A DNA stretch of 64,000 bases from Candidatus Daviesbacteria bacterium (GCA_028715175.1 JAQUSJ010000001.1:472368-536367); one strand, 5' to 3'. Shown: positions 9,073 through 18,628, counted from the stretch's first letter. Translations and numbers: made by a program. Notes: generated by a model not told the origin, from the letters alone.

Positions 9073-9094
9073 TCTACCGCTGAGCTACCGGACC
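9073..9094 (-). repeat. 22-bp duplicate of tRNA-Lys(TTT) nt 1-22, followed by a CCGGC/GCCGG hairpin
   Basis: tctaccgctgagctaccggacc is identical at 8761-8782 and 9073-9094; the two copies flank the GIY-YIG gene. Confidence 0.65.
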
Positions 9095-9141
9095 TCGAAT
9101 GTATTGTACTAAATTTAAGCTGGATTTGCTATGATTTATCT

Positions 9142-10104
9142 ATGTTCTTCGGTCTGAACTGGGTTGATTTAGTGATTATCGGAATACTTCTCCTTTTTGC
9201 CCTGGAGGCTTTGGGCCGCCCTTTAATTTTAGAACTATTGGATTTTGCCAGCTTCCTTTTGGCAGGTATCTTATCCTTTAGTTACTACAATCTTCCTGCC
9301 AAATTTTTTGAAAGCCAGTTTCATATTCCCCATGGACTTACCCTGGTGCTGGGTTTTATGACTGTCTGGTTTTTATCTGAAATTGTTTTTTATTTGTTGG
9401 TTAGGTTCATTTTACCAAAGATCCCTAAGTTTAGGATCCTTCGGTCTAAAGTTTTATCTGCAGTTCCGGCAATGCTTAGGAGCTTGATTTTTATTGCCTT
9501 AGTTTTAGTGATGGTGGCAACTTTCCCTATCCAGCCTGCTATTAAAAAAAGCGTTCTGGATTCCAAAATTGGCAGCCGGATATTAAAAGCTGCATACGGA
9601 TTGGAATCTCCTGTCAAGAAAGTTTTTGGAGGAGTGGCTAATGATTCCCTGACTTTTTTGACTATAGAACCCAGGACAAATGAAAAAGTTAACTTGGGTT
9701 TTCAAACTACTCAGGTATCCCTTGATAGCGCTTCGGAAGATAAAATGATTGAGATGGTAAATAAAGAAAGGGTCAGCAGGGGAATCAGGGCCTTAGTGTT
9801 TGACGTTAAGCTTCGGGATATCGCCCGATCTCACAGCGAGGATATGTTTAAAAGAGGTTATTTTTCCCATTATTCACCTGAAGGTCAAACTGTAGCTGAT
9901 CGGGCTTTGAATGCGGGAGTGGATTTTTTGGTAATCGGTGAGAATTTGGCATATGCCCCAAGCGTGGAATTGGCCGGGCAAGGGTTGATGAACTCCCCGG
10001 GCCACAGGGCAAATATACTGTCTGCTGATTATGGAAGAATTGGGATAGGCGTAATGGACGGGGGAGTTTACGGTAAGATGTTTACCCAGGTATTTACAAA
10101 CTAG
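9142..10104 (+). CDS. fusion protein: CvpA-like membrane domain plus CAP/SCP (YkwD-like) domain
   Basis: N-terminal multi-TM region; C-terminal GHRANILSADYGRIGIGV motif of SCP/CAP. Confidence 0.6.
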   Translation: MFFGLNWVDLVIIGILLLFALEALGRPLILELLDFASFLLAGILSFSYYNLPAKFFESQFHIPHGLTLVLGFMTVWFLSEIVFYLLVRFILPKIPKFRILRSKVLSAVPAMLRSLIFIALVLVMVATFPIQPAIKKSVLDSKIGSRILKAAYGLESPVKKVFGGVANDSLTFLTIEPRTNEKVNLGFQTTQVSLDSASEDKMIEMVNKERVSRGIRALVFDVKLRDIARSHSEDMFKRGYFSHYSPEGQTVADRALNAGVDFLVIGENLAYAPSVELAGQGLMNSPGHRANILSADYGRIGIGVMDGGVYGKMFTQVFTN

Positions 10105-10129
10105 TAGCTGGTAGTACGTAGAACGTATT

Positions 10130-10705
10130 ATGGAGAAGCGCGTATTTGCAGGAATTTCGTTGCTCATTATTGGTTTTGGGATTTTGTGGTTTGGGTGGAA
10201 CCAGACAGCCAAAATCCAACCTGTTTCAGACAGTAGCCCTATACCTGTTGTTCAAGCACCCGAACTGGCTACAAGTTCTGCAACACAGGGTGTAGAAGGG
10301 GAAAGGGTGTTGGTGACCAGGGTGGTGGATGGAGATACCATAGTGTTGGATAATGGTAAAACAGTCCGTTTCATAGGCATAGATACTCCGGAAACCGTTG
10401 ATCCCCGCCGACCTGTAGGTTGTTTTGGTAAAGAAGCCAGCAGCGAAACTAAAAAGTTATTGACGGACAAAGTTGTGATTTTGCAAAAAGATACCTCCGA
10501 CACTGATAAATATGGCCGGTTATTGCGGTTAATCTTTCTTCCTTTGGAGAATGGAGAGATACTTTTTGTTAATGATTATTTGGTCAGGGAAGGTTTTGCC
10601 AGAGTCAAAACTTATATTCCTGATGTAAAATTTGAAAGCCGTTTATACGAGGCGGAAAGACAAGCAAAAGAAGCTAAAAAAGGACTTTGGGGTAAATGTA
10701 TTTAG
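10130..10705 (+). CDS. membrane-anchored thermonuclease (staphylococcal nuclease homologue)
   Basis: N-terminal TM; VVDGDTIVL...RFIGIDTPE...YGRLL..........NDYLVREGFA matches the SNase fold motifs. Confidence 0.8.
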   Translation: MEKRVFAGISLLIIGFGILWFGWNQTAKIQPVSDSSPIPVVQAPELATSSATQGVEGERVLVTRVVDGDTIVLDNGKTVRFIGIDTPETVDPRRPVGCFGKEASSETKKLLTDKVVILQKDTSDTDKYGRLLRLIFLPLENGEILFVNDYLVREGFARVKTYIPDVKFESRLYEAERQAKEAKKGLWGKCI

Positions 10706-10791
10706 TGTGGTAAACTAAACCGTAGGACTATAATTTGAAGAATTACAGTCTTTCGTAGAAAGTATATTTTCCTGCGGAAAAGAAAATTAAG

Positions 10792-11274
10792 GTGAAAAAA
10801 TTTGTTATTCAGATCATACTTTTACTTGTATTTATTGTTGGGGGAGTATATTTATATAAATCAAGCGGACAAATTTCCGGTTTGCCTTTTATACCTTCCG
10901 GGCCTGTATTTAAGCAAATACAAATTAACGGATCAAAATTTAATGTTGAAATAGCGGATACGCAGGAAAAAAGAGCTAAAGGTTTGGCCGGAAGAAGTAG
11001 TTTGGCATCGGATTCGGGAATGCTGTTTATTTTTTCCGAGCCGTCTAAACATTCATTTTGGATGAAAGGTCTTTTATTCCCGCTGGATTTTATATGGATT
11101 AGCGGGGATAAAGTAGTAGGTATTTTACAAAATGTTCCGCCGCCTGCTCAGGGTCAACCGGATTCGTCTTTGCCGATTTACCAGTCAAGCGTAGAGGTGG
11201 ATAAGGTTTTGGAAGTTAATGCCGGAGTAGTCCAGCGTTTAAACATTAAAGTAGGGGACATCCTGACTCAATGA
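10792..11274 (+). CDS. DUF192 domain protein
   Basis: N-terminal TM; KGLAGR..L....GMLFIF......FWMKGLLFPLDFIW pattern of DUF192/COG1430. Confidence 0.65.
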   Translation: MKKFVIQIILLLVFIVGGVYLYKSSGQISGLPFIPSGPVFKQIQINGSKFNVEIADTQEKRAKGLAGRSSLASDSGMLFIFSEPSKHSFWMKGLLFPLDFIWISGDKVVGILQNVPPPAQGQPDSSLPIYQSSVEVDKVLEVNAGVVQRLNIKVGDILTQ

Positions 11275-12767
11275 TTGAAGTTCTGCCAATTAGATTACTA
11301 ACAGATGAGGATGCGCCGATTTTCGGCAGCTTAAATTTGAATTTGGCAAAGCTGTTTCGGTCCGGAGTTCCTGTCGGGTCCGGGTTAGTTGTCACGCCGC
11401 CGCAGTTTAAACTCAAAACAGTTTTGGAAAATTATGATTTTGGCACCAAGGAGGTTTTTCAACAGTCTCTGACCCTGGTTAAAAGAGAAATACGTTCAAT
11501 TCCTGTCCCGGATGTTTTAATTAACGGTGTCAACCCAACCCACAGAAATTTTTTGCTTAATGGAGAAAAGATTAGCTCAATTAAAAATCTTTGGTTGAAA
11601 TTATTATCAATTTGGATAGAGCAAATTGAAAACAAGTTATGGAATAACGGATTTTATCCGGGTATTACCAGGGACTTGGATCCGCAGATTGTGATTTTTG
11701 TGAAAAAAATGGAATCCTCAGGAAACGCTTATTATGACCAGTTGCAGGATGATGTAGAAGTTCAAGTAAAAACAGGGAAACTATATCCGAACGATCTCAA
11801 AAAGATTATAGAAATAGTCCAGATAGCCGATAAAAAACTTTTTATCCCTCACGAATATGAATGGGTACTGGATGGAGGGGTAAAATTAGTTGGTCTAAAA
11901 CAATATACTCCTTCTGTTACCATTGAGCCTACCCCTATAGTTGCAGGCTCCAGGGGAACGCCTTGCGAGGCTAGAAACGCCGTTAAAGTATTTCTCGACT
12001 TATCCGCCGGATTGACCTTTGAAAAAGAAGTTGACGGGATATATATCGCATCGGAAAAAATATTTGACCTGGATAACCCTTCGGAATCATTTGAAAATTT
12101 GGTTTCCAGATTAGTAGAAGGAGCTATGACTTTTCCAAACTCCCCTATTTTTTTAAAATTGGCAGATAAGTCAGAAGGTATGGGTAAAGTGCGCGGAACC
12201 TTGCGCTTGCTTCACCAGAAAAGTCTATTTGATCCGTTAGCGAAAGTTTTGGATTTTGCCCGACATAAAAAAGGCTTAACAAATGTTCATATAGTTGTGC
12301 CGTTTGTGAGGGGTGTAACTGAACTGCTGAAAATGAAAAGGGAGCTGGCTGTCCGGAAGCTCTCCAGGAAAAATTCCCTGCAGCTTTGGATGGAAGTGGC
12401 CGTGCCGGAGAATATTGTTAATCTGGAAGATTATCTGGTTGCCGGCATTGATGGGGTGGTTTTAAACCTGGATGAGCTTGTATCTTACTTAAATGGTGTT
12501 GATTGTTCGGAGGAAGATTTAGTATTTTACAAGAGTGAAGTTTCGGGGTTACTTAAGTTTCTGGAAGATGGGATTAAGCTTTTGCATAAGTCAAAAGTCC
12601 CTTTCATGGTCTATGGCAGCTTGGTTCTTACCCCAAAAGTGCTGGAATTTTTGGTGGAAAAAGGGGTTTATGGAGTGGTAGTGGAAAAATATGAAGCTCA
12701 CTCAGCTAAGGATTTACTACATCAAGCAGAAAAAAGGATGATTCTAAAAAGAGTGGATAGAATATGA
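11271..12767 (+). CDS. PEP-utilising enzyme family protein (PPDK_N-like ATP-grasp plus C-terminal TIM-barrel domain, no central phosphohistidine domain)
   Basis: N-terminal FGSLNLNLAKLFRSGVPVGSGLVVT resembles G.K.aNL..l...GvpVP.GF; C-terminal VVLNLDELVSYL resembles fSIGTNDLTQ; no GGxTSHAAI motif. Confidence 0.45.
   Translation: MIEVLPIRLLTDEDAPIFGSLNLNLAKLFRSGVPVGSGLVVTPPQFKLKTVLENYDFGTKEVFQQSLTLVKREIRSIPVPDVLINGVNPTHRNFLLNGEKISSIKNLWLKLLSIWIEQIENKLWNNGFYPGITRDLDPQIVIFVKKMESSGNAYYDQLQDDVEVQVKTGKLYPNDLKKIIEIVQIADKKLFIPHEYEWVLDGGVKLVGLKQYTPSVTIEPTPIVAGSRGTPCEARNAVKVFLDLSAGLTFEKEVDGIYIASEKIFDLDNPSESFENLVSRLVEGAMTFPNSPIFLKLADKSEGMGKVRGTLRLLHQKSLFDPLAKVLDFARHKKGLTNVHIVVPFVRGVTELLKMKRELAVRKLSRKNSLQLWMEVAVPENIVNLEDYLVAGIDGVVLNLDELVSYLNGVDCSEEDLVFYKSEVSGLLKFLEDGIKLLHKSKVPFMVYGSLVLTPKVLEFLVEKGVYGVVVEKYEAHSAKDLLHQAEKRMILKRVDRI
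11946..11972. repeat. family A hairpin element copy 4, in-frame inside the PEP-enzyme-like CDS (encodes GSRGTPCEA)
   Basis: ggctccaggggaacgccttgcgaggct. Confidence 0.65.
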
Positions 12768-13303
12768 CAGAAGGCGAAATAAATCCAGAGGCGCCAGTAC
12801 ATGATTTAGCGCGCCGTAATGAGTGGTTAAGGAGAGAAGGACCCAACCATGGAATTGACCCTGAAAAATTTTTTCTGGGAGAGACGTTAGATACTGTTTT
12901 GGTTAGAATTTTAGATGATAGAAATTGCTTTTCTTGGCATAGACCACAGGATGATTTAGAAAACCCCGAGCGATTTCCAAGCGAGGCTCCTGGCGCGCGT
13001 ATGGACTACCTGGGACGTTTAGATGGAGAAATTGATACGTTAGATAGAGAGATTAATATTGTAGCGCCACTTTCAGAAATAAGTGCGGAGTTGAAAGGAA
13101 TAAGAGAGGATGTAAGATTAGCTGATTGGACAGTCAGAGACCAATTCTCCAGTGCTTATGGAAGATGGCAAAAATTAAGTGATCGGGTGGGAGAAATAAT
13201 TAAAGAAAATCCCGAACTTCAGGAAGCATCCGAATACTATATCAACAATATGGATAAGATTGCCAAATTATATTCAGCTTCATCCGGGCAAACGGAAGAT
13301 TAA
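12764..13303 (+). CDS. hypothetical acidic protein
   Basis: 179 aa; start overlaps the upstream stop (ATGA); 3' end overlaps convergent rsmI by 24 nt; K-poor and R/E-rich, unlike neighbours. Confidence 0.4.
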   Translation: MTEGEINPEAPVHDLARRNEWLRREGPNHGIDPEKFFLGETLDTVLVRILDDRNCFSWHRPQDDLENPERFPSEAPGARMDYLGRLDGEIDTLDREINIVAPLSEISAELKGIREDVRLADWTVRDQFSSAYGRWQKLSDRVGEIIKENPELQEASEYYINNMDKIAKLYSASSGQTED

Positions 13304-13972
13304 AACATATTCTCCCTTGGGTCCGCCAGCTGCCGGATTTTTTAGTTCTTCCAGCCATTCGCTAATTTTTTGCCCTTTCACGCTTTGGTGGATTTTGGTT
13401 AGTTCTTTTGCTAAAATTATTTCCATGTCCCCAAAAACTTCCTGCATATCCTGTAAAATTTTAACCAGCTTATGAGGTGAAACAAACAAAATATAGGTCA
13501 CTTTCATATAATCATTTTGTTCACGGTCGTGAACATTTTGAAATAATTTTAATCTGTGGCTTTCTTTTTCTGGAGGATATCCTAAGAACATAAATTTATC
13601 AGGCGGTAAACCGGAAAGGGTCAGTGCAGGCAGGATGGAAGATGGGCCGGGCAGAGAATCAACCGCAATTCCTTGCTGTAAGCATTCCCGGATCAGTTTA
13701 TACCCGGGGTCAGAAACGAGCGGTGTGCCGGCATCAGAAACTAAGGCCAGATTTTCTCCGGATTTTAACCTGTCAACAATCTCCAGGAAAATCCTTCCCT
13801 CATTATAGTCATTTAAAACAATCAGAGGTTTTTTAATTTGGTAATGGGAAAGCAGCAAACCAGTTCTTCTGGTATCTTCACAAATAATCGTATCCACAAA
13901 GCGGAGGACCTCTAGAGCCCTTAAAGTGATATCCTTTAAATTGCCGATTGGCGTTGGAATGATGTAAAGCAC
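13280..13972 (-). CDS. rsmI: 16S rRNA (cytidine1402-2'-O)-methyltransferase
   Basis: 230 aa; tetrapyrrole-methylase fold; N-terminal LYIIPTPIGNL..ITLRA...L and LVSDAGTP motifs typical of RsmI. Confidence 0.85.
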   Translation of the reverse strand: MLYIIPTPIGNLKDITLRALEVLRFVDTIICEDTRRTGLLLSHYQIKKPLIVLNDYNEGRIFLEIVDRLKSGENLALVSDAGTPLVSDPGYKLIRECLQQGIAVDSLPGPSSILPALTLSGLPPDKFMFLGYPPEKESHRLKLFQNVHDREQNDYMKVTYILFVSPHKLVKILQDMQEVFGDMEIILAKELTKIHQSVKGQKISEWLEELKNPAAGGPKGEYVLIFRLPG

Positions 13973-14196
13973 TGAATGAGTAGTATACTGTAAACACCTT
14001 TATTCTTTCAATTGCTTTTTCTTGAGATGACAAGGTTTCCAAAAATATAATCCAGAAAACTTTCCCTTGAGTTAATCTTATATGATTCTTCTTTGATGGA
14101 TTTAATAGCCGGAGCATCGGTAGGAGCATCCCAAAGTATCACAAAATCCCACAGAAATGTTTTCATCAGAAATTTTTTGATTTTTAACATAAGGTT

Positions 14197-14316
14197 TTAT
14201 TCAGCTGAAGGGTAGGCTTAAGAATTGTTGAGAAAGAACGTTTTACATAAATGTAGCTTTCCCGATATTCTTAGATATTTAACTTTTAAGTTAATTCCTA
14301 CCCCCAGCCTGAATAA
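14197..14316. repeat. 120-bp element with nested inverted repeats (20-bp arms) in the rsmI-receiver intergenic region; MITE-like or structured RNA
   Basis: ttattcagctgaagggtagg (14197-14216) vs cctacccccagcctgaataa (14297-14316); inner IR cttaagaat/attcttag. Confidence 0.4.
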
Positions 14317-14386
14317 GTTAAACATATCATTAGATGAAATAATAATCTGTAATTTAAATAACAATCCGAAGTTTTGAGTAGAAAGT

Positions 14387-14767
14387 CTAATGATCTTCTG
14401 GCTGTAATACTTCACTAACTTGTTTAACAATATCAGCAAGTTTGACTTCGCTTTTAACTAAAAAGTCATAAACTCCAATCTCTATTGCTTCAGATACTTT
14501 CTTTTGGTCGCTTAAATTCGACAGAATAATTACAGGTACTGTTTCTCCCCATGGATCTTGGCGAAGTTTTTTCAACATGGTCAGACCGTTCATTTTGGGC
14601 AATAGAATATCGAGTAAAATTAAATCCGGTAAGTTTTGTAAAGCCTTTTTTATGCCATCTTCCGCACTGGTGGCCTCACTAACAATAAAGCCGGAATCTT
14701 TAAATTTGTCAGACAACAGTTCCAAAAGTACCTGTTCGTCTTCAATGATTAGAATTTGTTTTTTCAT
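14387..14767 (-). CDS. stand-alone response regulator receiver domain (CheY-like)
   Basis: 126 aa; ILIIEDE, phospho-acceptor D in LILLDILLP, and conserved K in KSEV; no output domain. Confidence 0.85.
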   Translation of the reverse strand: MKKQILIIEDEQVLLELLSDKFKDSGFIVSEATSAEDGIKKALQNLPDLILLDILLPKMNGLTMLKKLRQDPWGETVPVIILSNLSDQKKVSEAIEIGVYDFLVKSEVKLADIVKQVSEVLQPEDH

Positions 14768-16674
14768 ACTGCGAAAGGAAGCATCACCATAAAAGTACTT
14801 CCTTTATTTACCTTCGATTCCACAATAATATTTCCCTTTAGATAATTTACCATAGCTTTGGTGATATACAAGCCCAGCCCGGTGCCTTCAACTCGATTTT
14901 TAACATTATTAGCCCGATATATTTTTTGGAATATCTTTTCTTGGGCTGATCTTGGAATACCAATGCCAGAGTCGGTAACTTGTAAAATAAGTTTATCATC
15001 TAATTTCTGTATTTTTAAGCGGATCCAACCACCGCTTGATGTAAATTTGACAGCATTAGACAGCAGGTTTCTTAAAATTATATAGATGGCGTTTGAATAA
15101 GTTTTGTATGGTTTAATATCTTTGTCAAAGAAAAAGTTAAATTTTATTTTTTTATCCTTAATTCTGTCTTTTAAGTTTTCAATAACATTTGAAGCAATCT
15201 CGATAGGATCAATTTTTTCGTGTGTGTATGAATGCACACCCAGTTCGATTTTGGTGGTGGTTAATAGGTTGCTGGTTAGTTCAATCATGTTTTGGGTTTG
15301 TTTATATATTTTATCTAAACTTTTCTTTTGTGAGTTAGAATAGAGATTTTGGTCTTCGAAAAGGCGTTCCAAAGACCAGGCTACAGCAGAGAGTGGAGTC
15401 CGCAGTTCGTGCGAAGCCAGGGAAACAAATTCGTCTTTAGCCTGGTTAATTGCCAGTTGCTGGCTATAATCACGATAAACGCTAATAGCTCCTACTATGG
15501 CATTATCCAAAATCACCGGTGAAGAAGTAATAAGTAGAGGGAATTTATCTTTTTTAACCAGGAAATAAACTCCGCGAACTACTTGAGCGGTATTCAGCGC
15601 TAGTAATGTAGGATGCAATTCAGAAGGTATTAAATTATCTTGTTCGTCTTCCAGCTCCACTTGTTTAAAAATCGATTTGCCTAATATCTTTTGTACATTC
15701 CAGCCAAATAAGTCTTCGGTTTTTCTATTTGCCTTAATGATCACTCCATATTTATCAACAACTATTATTCCATCCCCGATACTTTCAAATAAAGCTTCTT
15801 GTTTGGCAAGCATTTCCTCTAAGGAATTATTTAAAAGTTCTAGTTTTTGGGCATAGTTAGTAAGCTGTTCTTCAGCTTTTTTAAGCTCGGTGATATCATG
15901 GGTCATGCCTATGGATTTAATAACCGTACCTGATTTATTTTTAATATGCTCGCATTTTTCGTGTACAATTCGGATTTCACTGGTATTTTTTCTAATAATC
16001 CGGTGAATTATTTCGTAGCCATCTAATTTTTTACGAAGGGATTCAGTATATGCAAGGTTTACTTTTTCCCGGTCATCAGGGTGGACTGTTTTAAGAAAAG
16101 CTTCATAAGTGGCTTTAAATTCTTGAGGTTTTAGACCAAATATCCGGTAGGCCTCATCCGACCAAGTTAATTTATTATTTAAAAGATCAAGTTCCCAACT
16201 GCCTAACTGAGCAATTTCCTGAGATCTTTTAAGTAGCCTTTCGTTCTCACGCAAGGCCTCCTCGGCCTGTTTGAGTTCGGTGATGTCCTGATTCATGCCA
16301 ATCCATTCCAAAACTTTGCCATTCCCGTCAAAAATCGGTACAGCGGTACTTTTAATAATTCGGTATTCTCCTTTGGCATTTAATTGTCTAAATTCAACGC
16401 GAGAAGGGGTTTTTGTCTTTAAACGGTGGCGCCAGACTTTTTTAAGGAGGTTTCTATCGTCCGCATGGACGGCAGAGAGCCAATTCCAACCAAGAAAATC
16501 CTTGTATTTTCTGCCGGTAAAAATTCGCCAAGATAGTGAGTCTTCGATAATACCTCCGGAAGCATCAGTCACCCAGATCGCCTCGCTCGAGACTTCGATC
16601 AGCCGCCTGAATCTCTCTTCGCTTCTTCTCAAAGCCTCTTCGGACTTAGTTAGTTTAGTATTTAAGCTTTTCAT
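14764..16674 (-). CDS. cytoplasmic multi-PAS sensor histidine kinase
   Basis: 636 aa; three PAS-like repeats; HisKA H-box HELRTPLSAV; HATPase_c N/G1/G2 boxes (LLSNAVKFT, DSGIGIP, GTGLGLYI); no TM segments. Confidence 0.9.
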   Translation of the reverse strand: MKSLNTKLTKSEEALRRSEERFRRLIEVSSEAIWVTDASGGIIEDSLSWRIFTGRKYKDFLGWNWLSAVHADDRNLLKKVWRHRLKTKTPSRVEFRQLNAKGEYRIIKSTAVPIFDGNGKVLEWIGMNQDITELKQAEEALRENERLLKRSQEIAQLGSWELDLLNNKLTWSDEAYRIFGLKPQEFKATYEAFLKTVHPDDREKVNLAYTESLRKKLDGYEIIHRIIRKNTSEIRIVHEKCEHIKNKSGTVIKSIGMTHDITELKKAEEQLTNYAQKLELLNNSLEEMLAKQEALFESIGDGIIVVDKYGVIIKANRKTEDLFGWNVQKILGKSIFKQVELEDEQDNLIPSELHPTLLALNTAQVVRGVYFLVKKDKFPLLITSSPVILDNAIVGAISVYRDYSQQLAINQAKDEFVSLASHELRTPLSAVAWSLERLFEDQNLYSNSQKKSLDKIYKQTQNMIELTSNLLTTTKIELGVHSYTHEKIDPIEIASNVIENLKDRIKDKKIKFNFFFDKDIKPYKTYSNAIYIILRNLLSNAVKFTSSGGWIRLKIQKLDDKLILQVTDSGIGIPRSAQEKIFQKIYRANNVKNRVEGTGLGLYITKAMVNYLKGNIIVESKVNKGSTFMVMLPFAV

Positions 16675-17984
16675 ACTTTCATCTCTTGATATATCCTAGA
16701 CTCTTTTCCTTCGTGATGAAGAAGAGTTCTGAATCCGCCGTCACCAAAGATATGGCGAAATCTTAAGTGGTTAAGAATATACCTTTGCGAAACCACAAAT
16801 GGTTCTAACTCCTCAAGTTTAATCAGTCCTGCTTCTATAGTTTCACTACCTTCCGGTAGAAAAAAGTAAGTCTGTAAAACTGGTATTTTAGCTTGAGCTC
16901 CTTTCCTTTCAAGAACTTCTGATATTCTTACACCAAAATTCATTGAGGCAATGTCTTCGTCTGAAAAGCCCACTGCTCTCATTGCTGCGGAACGGGTAGC
17001 TCTGCCTTCTGGAGTTAGGAATTGACTTATTAGCTTGTTGTAATCACCTGTTTTAGCAATCCCAATCTCCGCAATGTGACCGGGTCGAATGATGCCACCA
17101 AAAAGATCAGCGGTGTATTTAGGAGGATTATTAGTAACTGTATTTCCGTAACAGATATTCACTACTCCCGGCTGTTCTGCTAGTTGTTTATATCTGTTTT
17201 TATCTGGTAAATTTTTCAATTCTTCAAACTTTTTATGTATACGTACAATTTCAACGTTATCACCAAAAGCCGCTTTTAGATTTTTAGAAGACTCCCTAAG
17301 CATGTCCATACTACAGTCAATTATCACTACAGTCACCTTTCGCCCGCTTTCCACGACTGCTCTCAAACGTTCAATTTCTTTCTGACAATCACCTGGGCCA
17401 TAAATACAGTAAACAGTTGGATTTCTACCAAGATATTGAGCTAGATCTCCGTTCGCGTCTTTAACGCCAAGCGCTTTGGCTTGGTCTTTTTCGTCCGCAT
17501 TGCTTTTTTGGCGATTAGCTGATGCTAAGAATTGAAGCATAAGCCGTCCGGAATCTTTAGCCCTAGTCAACGCCCAAGAAGGTATGTTGCCATTGCAAGC
17601 GTAGAATAAAAATGCCGGACTCTTCAAGGATCTGCCAATTTTCCGAGCCCGTTTATACTCTAATAATCTACCAAACATACCTTCAGGCGAGAAATGCATT
17701 TCTCTTCTTTCTTCTGGTATTTTATTTATATAGTACTGAATCATATCCAAATATGGTCTACGAACATTTGGATGTAGTTTGACGAAAGTAAGTTCACATA
17801 ACTGCGATAGAATAGTATTATCCCGCAAAAATGGTGCCCATATCTCACGAAGGCGAGGATAATTAGGATCAGCTTCTAAAATCGGTCTAGCTTTCTTCGC
17901 CTGATCACTTATGGGTAATAGTTCGACAGGTTTTTTAAATAGGACAGGTCTTTCGGGACTTCCACCAAAATTTACTGCATACAT
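16671..17984 (-). CDS. Methyltransf_33 (EgtD-like) SAM-dependent methyltransferase homologue with a ~190-aa N-terminal extension of unknown function
   Basis: CIYGPGDCQKEIERL....VTVVIIDCSMDML resembles ELGSGsseKtr.LL....YvPvDIS; ICYGNTVTNNPP resembles FLGSTIGNLtP; recalled from memory, not searched. Confidence 0.4.
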   Translation of the reverse strand: MYAVNFGGSPERPVLFKKPVELLPISDQAKKARPILEADPNYPRLREIWAPFLRDNTILSQLCELTFVKLHPNVRRPYLDMIQYYINKIPEERREMHFSPEGMFGRLLEYKRARKIGRSLKSPAFLFYACNGNIPSWALTRAKDSGRLMLQFLASANRQKSNADEKDQAKALGVKDANGDLAQYLGRNPTVYCIYGPGDCQKEIERLRAVVESGRKVTVVIIDCSMDMLRESSKNLKAAFGDNVEIVRIHKKFEELKNLPDKNRYKQLAEQPGVVNICYGNTVTNNPPKYTADLFGGIIRPGHIAEIGIAKTGDYNKLISQFLTPEGRATRSAAMRAVGFSDEDIASMNFGVRISEVLERKGAQAKIPVLQTYFFLPEGSETIEAGLIKLEELEPFVVSQRYILNHLRFRHIFGDGGFRTLLHHEGKESRIYQEMKV

Positions 17985-17986
17985 TT

Positions 17987-18628
17987 CTACTGATACTCCT
18001 TTTTTAATAATTCAAAGTTTGGAATAGTGATAAAACGGTTGTGGTAAATAATCAGCTTTTTGTTTATGAGATTATTAATTTCAATGGTAACCCGCTCGCG
18101 CGACAATCCAGCCAAAGTGGCAATGTCCCGATGGGTAAACCAGTACGAAATTACTATGCTTCTTTTGTCCTTTTTTCCAAAATATTTAGCCAGATCCAAA
18201 ATAGTGGCTATCACTTGTTTCCGGGCATCACCAAAAATTTTGGTTTCCAACTTTTTCATAAGTTCTAAAGAAAGCGAGGTTAATTGTTGGGTTATTTCTG
18301 ATCTAGCTGCCGGATTTTTGGTTAAAAATTGATATAGCTTATTTTTTTCGCATGAATAAACTTCAACCGGTGTTAAGGACTCAAAGTAATAACCATTAAA
18401 GTCCCCATTATTCTCTAACCAAAGAGGGAATAGGGAAGAAGGAGCAAATATGTGAAGCGTCAATTCGTTTCCTTCTTGCGATAAGGTATAAAGTCTGACA
18501 TAACCCTGATTTAGATAAAAAACTGTATTTGTAGAAGTTTCCAATCGACCTACCTCCTGTTTTCTTCTGAAAAGCATAGGTTTAAATTGTTTCAAGAAAC
18601 TTTCCAGTTTAGGATACGCTGTATTCAT
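17987..18628 (-). CDS. Crp/Fnr family transcriptional regulator
   Basis: 213 aa; N-terminal cNMP-binding beta-roll; C-terminal HTH (RDIATLAGLSRERVTIEINNL). Confidence 0.8.
   Translation of the reverse strand: MNTAYPKLESFLKQFKPMLFRRKQEVGRLETSTNTVFYLNQGYVRLYTLSQEGNELTLHIFAPSSLFPLWLENNGDFNGYYFESLTPVEVYSCEKNKLYQFLTKNPAARSEITQQLTSLSLELMKKLETKIFGDARKQVIATILDLAKYFGKKDKRSIVISYWFTHRDIATLAGLSRERVTIEINNLINKKLIIYHNRFITIPNFELLKKEYQ

Noticed and set aside
14218-14439. A 73-aa minus-strand ORF in the rsmI-receiver gap, and ORFs 14008-14190 and 13878-14129
   Set aside because: AT-rich, no RBS. The 73-aa ORF is explained by the nested inverted-repeat element. Likely non-coding.
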